A stretch of DNA of 63,980 nt, counting the filler, from Phoronis australis (lineage: Eukaryota > Animalia > Phoronida), in the NCBI GenBank assembly GCA_002633005.1. It is 5 parts of 5 records of this genome, joined end to end, with 100 filler letters (N's around TTAATTAATTAA, not from the genome) between each part and the next. Parts side by side here need not be neighbours in the genome. Positions count along the whole stretch, not along the records: positions 13,223 to 27,484 come from NMRA01001054.1; positions 27,585 to 47,869 come from NMRA01001327.1; 3 more parts are not named here. The stretch is one strand, 5' to 3'. Under the pieces are notes generated by a model. It saw only the letters and a list, made by a program, of their open reading frames with translations. It was not told where the DNA came from and made no database searches. Shown here piece by piece: positions 24,563 through 37,900 of the stretch (the first letter of the stretch is position 1; every line of letters begins with the position of its first letter). A program made the position numbers and the translations under genes.

Positions 24563-25735
24563 AGGCCTTTTGCGAGTTTATAACAATAACGCGAGATTAT
24601 GTGAGACTTAACTGTGACGTCACGGGAAGTGGGGCAAAAGCTTGTCGTTTGGTCATTTGCCCAATACGGTAGCAGAGTGTATTCTGTTATTGTCTTCGAG
24701 TTTTTAGCCGTTTAGTTCGAAAAATGTCCAAAAGCATTGCTGTTATGGCAAATGAACTTCAGATTCGCACTACAATACGTTCTATCGCGTTCTGTACTAA
24801 TTTCGTCCCGTGTATTTTAAACGGGCGGTAGGCGAAATCCGCTCACTGGTAAAGTTTTCACCTCGTCGAAAATACATTCTACACCTAAAATTAGCACCTA
24901 AAAGGCTCTTACTTTCTTCAGTGACTCTTTCTGCTTCTAAGCATATCTTCGATGAAGCATATATACGGGAATTCAGGTGACTTAGGCGAAGAATTCCAAC
25001 TCCACTTTGTGGTTACTGTTAACTTTGTCCGCGCGCGCGATTACCACAATCAAGTAGTTCAACTGAGTCAGGTGAGTATGAGGCAAAGGCTAGCGCGAGA
25101 CTGAGCGAAGCGCGAGATCTGGCGCGTGACCTGGCGCGTGACACTTGCAAAATAGCATGAGAAAATATCAAGTGAAATTTGTAAGATTTGTGTCCCTTGG
25201 ACTTTTTGTTCGTCAACAGGCGTGATTTCACGTAACTTCCTCAAAATGGCGGCTCTTTAGTGAGAGAAACTCGAGAGAACCGCGAGGTTTTCATGAATAT
25301 GCTCAAGTTATTTCTAGACTAAATTGTGTCCAGAGTCAGGGTATGTGTTAATTATAACTTCATGTGCACATATGCATGTTTCATTTGATTTTATTTGCTG
25401 TATTTTGAAGTGAATATCTTTTTATGGGGATACACTATCGCCCCTGTATGCCTGCGCCATTCAGGCCTAGAGCGGGTTAAGTTCCAATTTCCGTCCGTTC
25501 ACAGCTTCGCACAACATAACAAGGTCACATTTTCTTCGTCTATTCACAGTTATTCCACGACCCATCTACCATATCTTAAGTTGTTTTAACGTCTTAAGCG
25601 TAAAATTCACCACAGGAACTCCAATAAGTTTTAGCATGTGTAGCAAATACTCGGGGCAAAACAAGAGCAATATGGCGGGTTTTACCCCCTTTCCGGTGAC
25701 GTCACAGTGACTAGCGAGAAACTCGCAAGTGAGCT
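24563..25735. mobile_element. ISL2EU defective element, inner, with AT TSD
   Basis: TIRs AG.....TTGCGAGTTT..CTGTGACGTCAC.GGAA; AT at 24561-24562 and 25736-25737. Remnant MSK.HCCYGK*TSDSHY at 24724 (+, THAP-like start) and SAP-like FTLKTLKQLK...RGITV.RRKCDLVMLCEA at ~25480-25612 (-). Confidence 0.75.
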
Positions 25736-26085
25736 ATTAGGTCTATAGTCCGATGGGCCATTACTTGAAAAATATATCAATCAGGCGTTATTCCAAAGCA
25801 ACATTACTCCGAAGGGTGATTACTTAGCTGCATTATTGGGAAAGAGTGAGTGACGCTGCATAGACAATATTGCTGATGCCACATATTTTTTCCTGCATGC
25901 TGTATTTGTTATAATGTAAGTGATACTTTTCCAGCCAATAGATCACAGCTACGCCACGAGTGAGCCCAGTGAAACACCCCCATCTGCTGAGCACCATACA
26001 GTGCTGCTTTCGTGAAGCTCTTAGGTGAGATAATAGGACATAATTGATAATGACCACAATTTCATCCTCCATGACTGATGGTTTT

Positions 26086-26300
26086 GTTATACCTATTGTA
26101 TTGCTACCTGAAGCTCGCCTCTCTACTTACTATAGTTATAAAAAGCGGAGTCTATTGTTATACCTATTGTATTGCTACCTGAAGCTCACCTCTCTACTTA
26201 CTATAGTTATAAAAAGCGGAGTCTATTGTTATACCTATTGTATTGCTACCTGAAGCTAACCTCTCTACTTACTATACTTACAAAAACCGGACTCTATTGT
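26086..26300. repeat. 71-bp tandem repeat, about 3 copies
   Basis: gttatacctattgtattgctacctgaagct.. at 26086, 26157 and 26228. Confidence 0.95.
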
Positions 26301-26538
26301 TTTTGATTTCATGAGTTGGATGTAAACTTTTATTGATCTGAAATGGTATTTTAAGTATTTGTTTGGTTTAACACACTTGGGATTTTTAAAGCCCTTTGAT
26401 CAAAAAATATGCTGAAAATCAGAGGATGAGTCTTGAGCCAGGCTGATTGTCAAAACTGTGGGTCTGGACAAGTAGACAGTTGTAGGCAGTTAACATGTGT
26501 AGATACCTTAAATGTATTTTTGTATTCATTCATTTCAG

Positions 26539-26696
26539 AAAGTATGTTGACTTGCATGAGAAAGTAAGTCAAGCGGGGATGCCGAAAAGTCTGCACAAAG
26601 TGATCCCTGTTGTGCCTGTGAGTGTACAGGGAATTGTCAGTGGTGCTGTCGGATTAGGCATGGCGCCAGTAACTGCAGCATCTTTGGTGCTACCAT
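26539..26696 (+). other. Exon-like coding segment cut by the P-like insertion; product unknown
   Basis: CATTTCAG acceptor, then an open frame KYVDLHEKVSQAGMPKSLHKVIPVVPVSVQGIVSGAVGLGMAPV.. Confidence 0.3.
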
Positions 26697-26889
26697 CAGA
26701 GACCGTAGATAGGCAGACAGTCCATCTAGCGAAATCCCATCGGACGGCCACATGCGGACATTATTGTTTCATGGACCGTAGAGACGTCTCGCGAGTGTGC
26801 GTGCAATAAACAAATGTGGCAAGATATCACGGCTCCCGCCAGTAAAAAAAGCAATGGTGCTTTTTGCACTGCCTACGGCTGTAGCAACA
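26697..26889 (+). mobile_element. 5' end of a P-like element with the THAP start interrupted by the Gypsy LTR
   Basis: CAGAGACCGTAGA terminus; MWQDITAPASKKSNGAFCTAYGCSN (THAP C-x4-C start) runs directly into the LTR. Confidence 0.65.
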
Positions 26890-27484
26890 TGTAGAATAAT
26901 AGGAATAAACTAGGTTTATTGGGAACACTGAAACTACGTCGATCTACAATCGTAAGATGGTCGTCCGTGTGTGTCCGTAATAACAAAGTCACTTATACTA
27001 CATCTCCCCCTCAAGTCTCTTAAAGATAAAATTACACTAAACGATACAACAACAAAAATAACACAACTAATGAACGCCAAGTTGGAATTCATAATAAAAA
27101 GTCATCGTTCACTATCAATAGCATCAGTCCTCAAATCCATAACGGATGGGTGGTTTTCGAACACGGTGGCTTGGACTACGCAGCGAATGAGTCGGTGAAG
27201 TTGGGAGTACCGCCGGTACTGAATCATCGGGTGGTGGTGGCGGCATCATCATGACATCTCGCCTATTTCGCGTTATGCTACCTTTATCAGTCTCGAGAGT
27301 CACGGAGCGGTCCTTATCCTGCACCACAACTGCCGGACGTTTCATATCGCGAATCATTACCGACTGACCTTCATGGTATGTAGGAATCTCCCGTGCACGG
27401 TGCCGGGAATCAAATGCTTTTGCCATTTGAATTTTGTAGTCGTGTTCCTTTATCCGCAGGGAGTCACGATCGAGTTCGACTGGT
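26890..27484 (-). mobile_element. Ty3/Gypsy 3' end: integrase C-terminus, PPT and 113-bp 3' LTR
   Basis: AFDSRHRAREIP...GQSV.IRD...ITRNRRDV..RVRKPPIRY* (27124-27484). PPT GAGGGGGAGA (27003-27012) abuts LTR TGTAG...CTACA (26890-27002), which contains AATAAA. Confidence 0.88.
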
Positions 27485-27584
27485 NNNNNNNNNNNNNNNN
27501 NNNNNNNNNNNNNNNNNNNNNNNNNNNNTTAATTAATTAANNNNNNNNNNNNNNNNNNNNNNNNNNNNNNNNNNNNNNNNNNNN
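27485..27584. other. Artificial contig linker
   Basis: N44-TTAATTAATTAA-N44. Confidence 0.97.
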
Positions 27585-30500
27585 CTGGTTAAAAATCAAA
27601 CATAGCGCAAGGCCCAGCACTCAGAAAGGGGCGCGGCGCACACGCAATTGTTACAGAGACCTTGCATCCCTGTCCTATGTTGTGTAAGTGCCGGTGTGCT
27701 ATAACACATATCAAAAACTAATGTACATCCACGTAACCACGTTTCACTACCCTTACAAATTGTCTGTTGCTCTCTGATAAGCATCGCAGATGCAAGAATC
27801 TCGCTAAAGAAGATCGTGTGCTTCGTTTGCAATGCCTCACCATACGTCTCGACGTCTTAAGTCTAGCGTGTTCGTGAGATTCTCATCCTTGCGCCCCCGA
27901 TCGCAGACTAGGGTAGAGTTCAGTAGCTGTCTTGGGAAATACAAAAATCTAACCAAAATCAAGCTTTCAATTAAAAAACACAATACATCACGTAATTTTA
28001 TGAATTCGTGCTTTTTAGCGAAGTTCTAGCGTTACGAGCTTAACCCCAGATGTAAACCTAAAAAGATTTAACTTGCGGCGACCCAATTTTGCTTGCTCAT
28101 CCACTGGTGTGTGTACTTGTGGTCTTGTTAATTCACATCCTAGCTGTACCGTCTGAGGTACAACACCCTGAACTCCATGGTGTCCCGAGATTAAGATGAA
28201 TCCCGACAAGGACACCGGGACCCTGTGGAACTCTCTGTCTGCGGCGACTAAGAAAATCCTCCACCAATCATTTCGAAAAATGACAAGTCAGTTGAATCAG
28301 ATTTGGTAGTCGTTGCTTCTTGTGGTCCTAGGGGTAGGCTAACAAGAATACAGGACCTGGAGTCCGATGCAACGGGCCTGGAACCTGATAGGTGTTTCCG
28401 ACCGGAGTTCCATATCTACTTTCCACAGGACCTTGTCTTCATGTCTATGTTACCGCCTTCAGTTGATAGTTTTGAGACAAAAAAGAAACGTGATCTTAAA
28501 CTACAGACCATGTTTTTTGTATTACTTAATATAGTTTTAGAGGCATTTCAGCTGTAAGTGTGTTTAATTGTGTTGACTGTTACATTGCTAATTATTATTG
28601 TTCTATTTTTACCCGAGGTGATGCCTTACTTGCAGCAAGGGTAAATAATTTTGGGAAGTATTACTAGCGATTTCCGTATATAAGTTGGGGAAACCAAACG
28701 TCTTATGTAAAAATACACCAGGGCCTATACTCAGCAATGCCGAATACACGAACACAGTATAAATACTGTAGCTCACCCTAATTATATCCTAGTGGGAATA
28801 GCATTATTTTTAGATTTCAAGCATGCATTTTTATTCTCAGATATGCATCCCAGGTATGTTTAAGGGAAAAATTTAAGATACGCAAATTGGGCATATATTT
28901 TCCTGGACTTATATACGGAAATATACGGTGGATCTTCTTAAACCTGTAAACCATGACAGTTTTGTAATACTAACATGTTCAACTAACATTCCGTTCATGC
29001 AAGTCGGTCAGTACGTATGCATTTAAGGCTTATTGCAAAAGGTAAGTGTTGTTTTGATTTTTGTTAGGCGTTTCCATATTTTATTTTGTTATGTATTCCT
29101 GTCTTCAGATAGTTTCTGTTATTCTTCAACAACATTTCTGTACTTATAATGAGACTTCAGTAGTAAACTCGCGACTGTTCATACTTTAAATGTTAGCAGA
29201 AGTGTAATGTCCATCAGCAGAGACCTGTGGGAAGAACTATTTTCCGTAACTGTAGCAAATATATGACGCAATGAAATGAAAACGGTCGACATAGATGAAT
29301 TGTAAGTGGTTAAATATATATATTAAGAAAGAAAATTAAGTATATAAATAGTAGAATGGTTCTTGAATTGCCTGGTTTACGTCNCATTAAGAAAGAAAAT
29401 TAAGTATATAAATAGTAGAATGGTACTTGAATTGCCTGGTTTACGTCCTTCATGAGTTCATCTGTCCCAAATTGAGTGCTTTCGTTTTTCTTTTCAGGTC
29501 GTCACTAGTCGATTCTTCTAACAGTCGTGACCTGCCCAGTATCCTATTGTATCAACGTGCGCAACAACGGTCTTGGCAGGGGGTTGCACCTAGTAGACTC
29601 CCTTAGAATTAGTGGCGCAAAATCGACATTCGTGTGCAACAGGAGGCCGAGGGGGGGGGTGGCGGCGTAAATTAGTAGTGACTGACGGAGACTGAGCTGC
29701 GCGAAATTGGTGACGACCGTGGACGGCGCTAAACTGGTGACGACCAGAAGAAACGGCCCTGTTATCTTCCACGCAGATTACCAGAAAATGTTAACGATTA
29801 TCAGTTTCATTTCATCCACAAAAAGATTTCACAAGTCAGAGTTTTCACTGTGGTTAAAAACGTAAGCGAACCCCGATGTGTTAGGTCACCTCAGTTGCAT
29901 GAAGACGCGCCAGTGTATCACTGAGTTAACATCGGGCGTTTCAAAGGCTGTGGATGAGAAAGGTTTTAATTGTAAAAAAAAAAACGGTTGGGTGAATTTG
30001 ATGTTGGTAGCATTTGAAATTGCATTTGCTTTCTAGACAATGCCCTTATATATACAATATGTTAGTTAATCGTGTCTTCAGCCGCGCAGCACTGTACATG
30101 TACTAGTCGACGCATTCCCATCGTTTGCCGCAGTAGGCCTAAACATGTAGAACGACAGCGCTTCTTCAACAATTCAGACGACTACCAGGGCGACAAATGG
30201 GGATCACAAGTCGATGAGAAACTACTCGTTTTATTATCATGATTGTCTTTGTTATCTATTTTGGGTAATTGTTCAATCGAAGTTTTCATGTTGAAACTGA
30301 GCTTTCAGTTAATATGGAAATAAATGTGTCAGAGTTAACTTGCGTTTCGGTTTGTAACCAGTAGACAATGCATGGATACGTTTAACAAACATAAATATAT
30401 GCTATGTTCTTGTCATTGTTTGTCACTTTCTTCATTGAACTCGTTCCCACATCCATTACTGTTACGTTTAATGCACAATTCGTTAAAATTGAGAAAGCGC

Positions 30501-31354
30501 ATGTTTTGATGGTCGGGAACCCTCTTTGTGCGCCGAATACGCAATTCCAGCATTTTATTGGGAAACCATGCGTTCACAGCGCAAACTCGACATTTTTGTT
30601 ATTGAGAAAACGCATTTTTACAAAAGAGAATCGGTTGTCTAACGTTTCATATGCGTCAACAACGCAAACCAGACCCACTCATTGAAAAGCCCATATTTGT
30701 CACCAGGAAGACTCTTCGCCACGCAGCCCGATATTTCAAGTGGGATAGCGCAGTTTTGAAAAGATTCCGTCACTTGCGGAGAACGGTTTTTGAGCAACGG
30801 TTGTCTGTAACGTTTCATGTGCGTCAACAACGCAAACCAGACCCACTCATTGAAAAGCCCATATTTGTCACCAGAAAGACTCGTCACAACGCAGCCCGGC
30901 CGATATTTCAAGTGAGATAGCGCAGTTTTGAAAAGATTCCGTCTCTTGCCGAGAACGGTTTTTAAGCATCGGCAATGCAAGCCGAATATTTCATATTGAG
31001 AAAGCATATCTTTGAAAAGAAGAACCAACACTTGTTGGGAACGGTCTTTGTGCGTCGACGACGCACATTTCTTATTGAGAAAGCCAGATTTTCAAAAATT
31101 AATCGCTCAGACCACTTGAGTCTCATTTACCTGCAATTATACTGCTATCAAATGACCGAACCAGCATTGTTGATACTGCGACCGCTCATCGAAATAATGT
31201 ACACCCACGAAATTCGGACACTAGCGGAAACCCAAATTTGGAGGTCCGCCAAATTCGGACACCACAAAATGATATTTCGCGAGATTCGTCCAAAAATGAA
31301 TTTTTTATATTGGAATTAATTTTCAGTGTCCGAAAATCACGCGACTTTACCGTA
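27585..31354. mobile_element. Putative large TA-flanked TIR element (Tc1/mariner-pogo-like terminus), left end lost in the gap
   Basis: Right end ..CGAAAATCACGCGACTTTACCG|TA is the inverse of TA|CGGTAAAGTCGCGTGATTTTCG at 36064. Region ~27605-28428 is homologous to ~36930-37880. That everything between belongs to one element is inferred. Confidence 0.5.
30632..30970. repeat. ~167-bp tandem duplication
   Basis: cggttgtct..aacgtttcat.tgcgtcaacaacgcaaaccagacccactcattgaaaagccc at 30632 and 30798. Confidence 0.85.
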
Positions 31355-32352
31355 CGTCGTAGATATTTCAGACTCGAATGGTAAGAATTTTTGTTCAGGC
31401 TGAAAATGGCCAATGTATAAACAAAATTATTCTGGATGGCTAAAAAGGGGATTTGGAAACGATAATTCACACAGTCACGCTTATGTGGGGGCTGACGCAA
31501 TAGTAAAGAACAGCCAGCGACATTAGTTAAATCTGTTAACCAGTTTGACTGAGATGCAATAAGCGAAAAACAAAATTTGACTAGCCGTTTTTTATTACTT
31601 CAAGATCATAGCATACATTATTGCCAACGTTTGAATTCAGAAATTGACAGACAGCAACGAAATCGGTAACCCAGTAAGGCATTTGTAGTGTCCCTTTGGT
31701 CGCCCCACATCCTCTATAACCCGGCAGTTATATTCATCAAAATATTGAGAATTTGACATCTTTCCGTGAGTTGTGAGATTTGTTCAAATACGAGAGCTTC
31801 CCACCTTAATAGAATTTGGAGGGTTGGCAAAACCATTGTCACATTTCTCTGGCCTGATTTTTTCGAATAAAATTATGTTTTATCTAGTGCACTGCAGACC
31901 GAAACTCAGCGTGGCAGACAAAGTCTCTGAAAGCGGAGGTTTTGACGCCGGCGGCGTTCTTAAAGTTTGCAAACAAGGGAAGAAAATAAAGTGACAAAAA
32001 CGTTCAAGTATTATATTTTGAAGTGAGTTTATGACCCAAGACAATAACTCGTTACCTGTATTGTAATTCAGATTGCTTAACCACCGTCTCCGAGTCCCGG
32101 TGTCGTTGCACTCATTGTGATCATCGATCTTTTTCTAAAAGTCGGGGAATCGCGGGTTTCCTTAGCACTAGGCGCTAAATCTTCATTCTTTAAAAGTCGG
32201 GGATGGGCGCTTAACCGAGAGGTGGGCGCTTAACTGGAAATCTTCAAAAATCGTAGGGGGGGCACTTAACTGAGCAATGGGCGGATAAATCGAAAATCCA
32301 CTTAAAGTCGGGGATGGGCGGTTAACTGAGCATGGGCGTTAACCCGAACGNC

Positions 32353-32780
32353 ATATATTTGATCCTTATGTACTTATGTGAGACATGGACTCTCAATAAG
32401 TCATTAGAAAGAAAGATCGAAGCATTTAATTGAAATGTGGATATTTAGAAGGATCGGAAGAAAAGCTGGACGCAGAAAATGACAAATGAAGACGTGTGAA
32501 AACAACTATAGGTGTCAAACCATCTCTTTTGTCCACCATCCAAAGTTGTAAACTGAACTTTTTGGGCACACAGCAAGACACGAAAACATACAGAATTAGA
32601 CATACTATACGGTCACATGGAAGGGAAAAGAGCAAGAGAGGACGACAACGATTAATGCAGAGGGATGACATCAAGACATGGACAAGATCAACGATGACAG
32701 AATGCACCAGACTGGCAAACAACAGAGAGAGATGGAGGTCCTGTTCACGTTGACCTCAAAGGAGATGACACCCGATGAGC
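32353..32780 (+). mobile_element. 3' fragment of an RTE-clade LINE
   Basis: CETWTLNKSLERKIEAF, MWIFRRI, SWTQKMTNEDV, EGKRARGRQR and DDIKTWT..CTRLANNRERWR*, typical of the RTE/BovB C-terminus, with frameshifts. Confidence 0.85.
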
Positions 32781-32974
32781 TCTGAGAAGGCTCGAATCCA
32801 CAGCAACTATTGCAGTGTTTAATACCACTTATTTAAACGAAAATTACAGCATGGTAGATTTCAGACATTTAAAGCCATATTNGATTACGGTAGGTAACAT
32901 AACACTACAAATTTGGTAATAGCCATGAACTCTGAGCAAAATCACTGATAACCATAACTTGTGTTATCACATAC

Positions 32975-33158
32975 CTTGCGTTTGAGAACAGATAATTTCT
33001 CAACAACATTATCCAACCAGGAAGTGACTCGACTGACATCTGTTGAGTTTTTCAAACAATTTTCCAGTTCACTGAGTTGTAAAGGAGGCACAGAACAGTT
33101 CTCACTGGGTGTTGCCCAGTAAAACACACATCACTTGATTTGTCACCTTTTCTTCACT
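32975..33158 (-). pseudogene. Isolated exon-like segment with canonical splice sites and an apparent frameshift
   Basis: TTTTTGACAG|AGTGAAG...CGCAAG|GTATGT; SEEKVTNQVMCVLLGN / ENCSVPPLQLSELENCL..WLDNVVEKLSVLKRK. No single frame is open throughout. Confidence 0.3.
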
Positions 33159-33817
33159 CTGTCAAAAACAGGATGCAAAGAATGACATGTTTTCAATTAT
33201 TTCACATAAAAAGCCCTGCAGATGAGCACAGTAACTTTATTCTCTCTTGTGTTTTTGACCATTTCATTCCCACTGAAAACCAAGCTAGACTAAGAAAAAT
33301 AAGGGCAAAAAAATGCAAAAACACCACTTCCCTGCCGATGCACGACTAAAGCCAACATTAAAATTTAGAGTCTGAAAGCAAATTTCTTACAGATTCCCAA
33401 AATGTGGTCCAAAAGTACTGTCATCCAACTAGTTTTTTTGGCAATTCTTGCTTGTTTGAGGGCTACCTAACATCACAGCCAATTTCTCAGTCGCTACCCA
33501 ACAATGCACAATTGCAGTCGGGGGCCGCCATCCTGAAGAATAGTGCAGCTACAGCCAAGAAAGTGGCCTTTTTTATTCACAGCATGTTCACAAATACGAG
33601 CAAACCACATTCACTGAGCCTACGTGCAATGCCCACCTACAAAATGCCCCCAAACTTGGTCTACCCCAAAATTTCAATATTTTGGGAGTGCAAATTGGCC
33701 GCGGCTGCAGCCTAACTATTCAGTGCCACCTGAAAGTCGTCGGCAACATCATAAACACACTACATGCAGACATCTTTAAAGAATTTGAAAGATGCTATTA
33801 TTATCAAGAAGTGCAGA

Positions 33818-34630
33818 AACGAGCAACCCAGAGCGTTGAAATGCCCCAACAAATGCATCGCAAACGGTGTGCTTCTAGGGTTGTTCATTTGTTTCATAAA
33901 AACAGCCACTAGATGGCACAAAAACAGCCAATCCATTTGAAAACGGAAAAATGTCATTGCTTCTTGAATAGAAAGCTATTCACCATATTTCATAAAAATC
34001 TGTAAAGGAACTTCAGAGAAACAGAACGAAATGGAAAAAAATGAAAATGCCACTATGGGAAACAGTGAACAGGCCTTAAAGACCTAATCTATTGTAAGCT
34101 TCATATGAATACAATTACTAAATTTAATAAAGATCCAGCAGTGTGTTACGGCGATGCAGCTATGGGCGCAAAGAAAAACAAAACTACCACTAGGAGGCGC
34201 CACAAAAGTCGAATTCGTTATACTCAACCCTGCCCTCTTTACACCGAGAACATACATAACAATTTTCAAAATCATGGTTTGGTTGATTGAGGGGTAGACA
34301 CCAAAAAATAGACTCGAAAGCAGTCAAAATAGCCACTAGGTGGCGCAAACTACGTCAAATCCATCCGAGAACAGGATGATAGCGTCATCTCACTCATAGA
34401 TGAGCATACGGCAAAATTTCACGGGGACCTTTGAAGATGAGGTAAACGTAAAAAAATGATATTGCCACAAGGGGGCACACTGATAGTCGGATCTGTCCAA
34501 AAGTTCGCCCAGGCCGTTCCATTCACGAAAGGAACATATGTGCCAAATTTCATGAACATACATCAAAGGACGCCAGACAGACGACTGGACGGGAATGACA
34601 GCATAATGCGTCCTCATATAAATATGAAGA
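33818..34630 (+). mobile_element. Helentron-like repeat copy with CTCF-like motifs
   Basis: Shared 5' end GAGCAAC..GAGCGTTGAAATG, same subunits as the other copies, and a 3' CAGACAGACG/GACGG microsatellite-like stretch. Confidence 0.7.
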
Positions 34631-34957
34631 ATTGGTTTTGGCTTTTAATTTCAGAAAATATATACTTTCATGGATTAACATTGGATAGTTAATTGGATAT
34701 TTTAGTATGAATATAGCATGAACAATTAGGGGTAAACGCAATCTTAAAAGTGGTCATGCCAAGGAGTAATGGACAATGCAGACTAAAAAAATTAATAGAA
34801 ATGACCACTAGGTGGTGTTTTTTCCTGAGTCCAACTGAAAAGTGGAAGGGGGAAGGCGTCCTTAGTCAATTTCAAAGCAATTTGCATCTAAACGTCAAAT
34901 AAATCTATCAAGGAACTCCACCGATGGAGATGAAAATATATTATAGGAAAAAATTAA

Positions 34958-37900
34958 GAGACAGTCCATGTAAAAACCAGATTTTCAAAAATCAGTCTAA
35001 AAATTTAAAACAACTTCATTTTTTGTACATGGGGAGGTATCCTATTATAAACCTAAATGCCAAATTTTGTACACTCAATGACCCCTAATTTCGCCGCTGG
35101 AGCATGATAACACAAATTGGCACAATTGGGCATATTAGCCGTTTCAAAAATCGCAAGTTTTTCAGCAACAAAAATAGACCAAAAGCTATATTTTTGTGGC
35201 TGAAATAACCAACGTATACTGTGCATAATTCTGTGCCATTTATTAAAATCTGACAGTTTTGTGCTCGACAGGGGAGATAATCCACAGACCACTTTTTGAG
35301 GCTAATTTTAATGGCCTTTTTGGTGACCTTCTTACTGCCATAAAACACCTTGTAGCCTAATGTGACGTTTTGAACATACAGTTAAAGAGTTAGTCTTGAT
35401 GACTGAGCAATAAAAAATCTTGCCTAAACTTTACACTTTAGTGAAAATTGTCTTGCAAAACTCTATTTTCATAGTTAAACGAGTAAGAATTGATATTTGT
35501 AATGACTGGTTTTGAGAGAAGCAAGTGCATTTTAAAAAGACAAAATGGCGGACGATGTCGATGGGCCTTCATGTTCCTTTAGAGTTTATTCTGCAAAAAT
35601 CCGATCACAAAAGCTTTGTGCTTTAGTGAGTTATGCCAAAGACACCACTGAACATTTGAAATACAGGAAACTACCTCACAAAGCAAGGCCTGTGCCAGAG
35701 TACGACTCGTACTACCCAGAGTCGGTGAATTTCTGACTGAACAGGACCAGTCATGGAAGAGTCAAGTAATGCTGGATGTTACCACTCTGCTCCTCTCCTC
35801 CTGAACGTAGCAGCCTTGTCAAATTCTACCGGCATTTCTGTTTCGAGATATGACTTTAGTGAAAGTCAGAATGGAAAGGATCTCTGTGATCGCAAGATCG
35901 CTCCACTCCAACAACATGCCTACTTTGTAGCCGAAGGCAACAATATCATGAACTTTCTGGATTTGAAAGAAGCATAACTTTCCAGTGGCCGTGTGAAGGG
36001 ATGTTATGTGTATGCATGTTCAGTCAATGCAACAAAGTCTTTTCCAAAATATTCAGTTCCTGGTACGGTAAAGTCGCGTGATTTTCGAACGGCCCGCCAT
36101 TTTCGACCAAGAATAAATATTTCCGAAATGAGTTTTCATAGTCCACGAAATTCGTACAAGGTCCAAAAACTGTTTCAAAGATCCTCCAATTTCGGACACT
36201 GTCATAAACATCGGAATTTTGTCCCGCGATTTTCGGACAAGAAAAATTTTAGAAACGGTAATTTGGGATCGACGCAACTCCCGTGTCACTGAAGCGTTCA
36301 ACGGATGATTACTACTGTATTAGGCTTGAGTCCGAGAATCGGTATAACGGGTTTGTAATTTTTACCTTGTCTTGACGATGTCACGACCGTTACTCGATTG
36401 TCTTGCGTTTAGCTTGTGTTTGGCGCTTTAGCTATGAAAAGAATCACCGAGTTCCTCATAACGAAAATTTCTGATGAAAATACAAATAGGAAATACACCG
36501 AAGGCTGCAACTTTTTGTTGTAGCGTAACATGTGCTCTGGTTTAAATAGGCCGTGTTGTTCGACTCCCAACTGTGATATTGATCATGCACGCCTGACATC
36601 AACTTGCGTGTTTACGAAACGTTTTTATTTTAAAACGTCCTGGCCTTTGCAAATGCCCAACTATCGCCGGACAATAAGTTTTGCTGCCACTTACCTGCAT
36701 TCCAGCAAATGATTGATATCTTCGTGCAGCCGTTCTGGGCTTGCTTGATAATTTTGAATGGGACAGTTAGCAAGGAATGAGCACCCACTGACTAACATTC
36801 AGACGTGCTTCTGACAACGCAATTTTTGGGTTGAAACGAAAATTTTTCATTAAAAATCTGTTTGCAGTTCAAACGTCTTTCGTTTTTCAGTGTCTTCTTG
36901 GTAGTGCTCATTCGTGTAATGTGTTAAGCAGTGTAAGGCCCAGCACTCAGAACGGCACGCTGGTGCAGTGCCGCACACGCAATTGCTACAGGGACACTGC
37001 ATCCCTGCCTTATGTTGTGTAAGTGCCTGTACTATAACACATATCAAAAACTAATTCACACCCACGTAACCATGCTTCACTACCCTTACAAATTCTCTAT
37101 CACAGATGCAAGAATGTGGCTAAAGAAGCTAGTGTGATCGTGTGCTTCGCTTGCAATACTTGACCATACCTCTGGAAGTCTTCAGATTAGCGAGCTCGTG
37201 AGATTCTCACCCTTGCGGCCCTGGATGAAGACTAGGGTAGATTTCAGTAGCTGTCTTGGGAATAGAAAAATCTAGCCAAAATCATGTTTTCAACTGAATA
37301 TACACAATATGTCAGGTAATTTCATGAATTCTTGCTTTTTACTGAAGTACTAGCGTTACGAGCTTTACCCCTATGTAGACCTAAAAAGATTGAATATGCG
37401 GCGGCCTTATTTTGCTTGCTCATCCACTGGTCTGTGTACTTGTGGTCTTGTTAATTCGCCCTGGACTCCATGGTGTCCCGAGATTAAGATGAATCCCGAC
37501 AACTGAGGACACCGGGACATGGGCGGCGCACCATAGGGGACTGGGGGGCTATAACCTCCCACTCTTTTCAGTGATACGCCACGCATGGTCAATAGGCAAT
37601 GCACCACAGGGGTCTGAGGGGGCTTTAGCCCCCCCACTTTTTTCAGGGCTGCGCCGCCCAAGCGGTACCCTGTGGCACTCGATCTCTGTCTGCGGCGACC
37701 GTAAGAAAATCCTCCAATCATTTCGAAAAATGATAAGTCAGTTGAATCAGATTTGATAGTTGTTGCTTCTTGCGGTCCTAGGGGTAGGCTAACAAGAATA
37801 CAGGACCTGCAGTCCGATGCAACGAGCCTGGGACCTTATAGGTGTTTCCGACCTGGAGTTCCATATCTACTTTCCACAGTATCTAGTGAAGAGCCTCAAC

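Larger units (their letters stand above)
23120..25744. mobile_element. ISL2EU (PHIS) defective element, outer; its right TIR is split by a second ISL2EU element
   Basis: Left end AT|AGACCTAATTCACGC. Removing the inner element restores the perfect inverse GCGTGAATTAGGTCT|AT. THAP-like remnant near 23190-23290 (+) and a KSCLTKAYKFF remnant near 24370-24415 (-). Confidence 0.75.

Noticed and set aside
26086-26300. Tandem repeats (also 246-425 and 9960-10090) as CRISPR arrays
   Set aside because: No unique spacers, no cas genes, and a eukaryotic spliced context.
12780-27484. Continuation of ADAR upstream exons after the first gap
   Set aside because: No deaminase or dsRBD-coding exons recognised beyond the linker; that contig may be unrelated.
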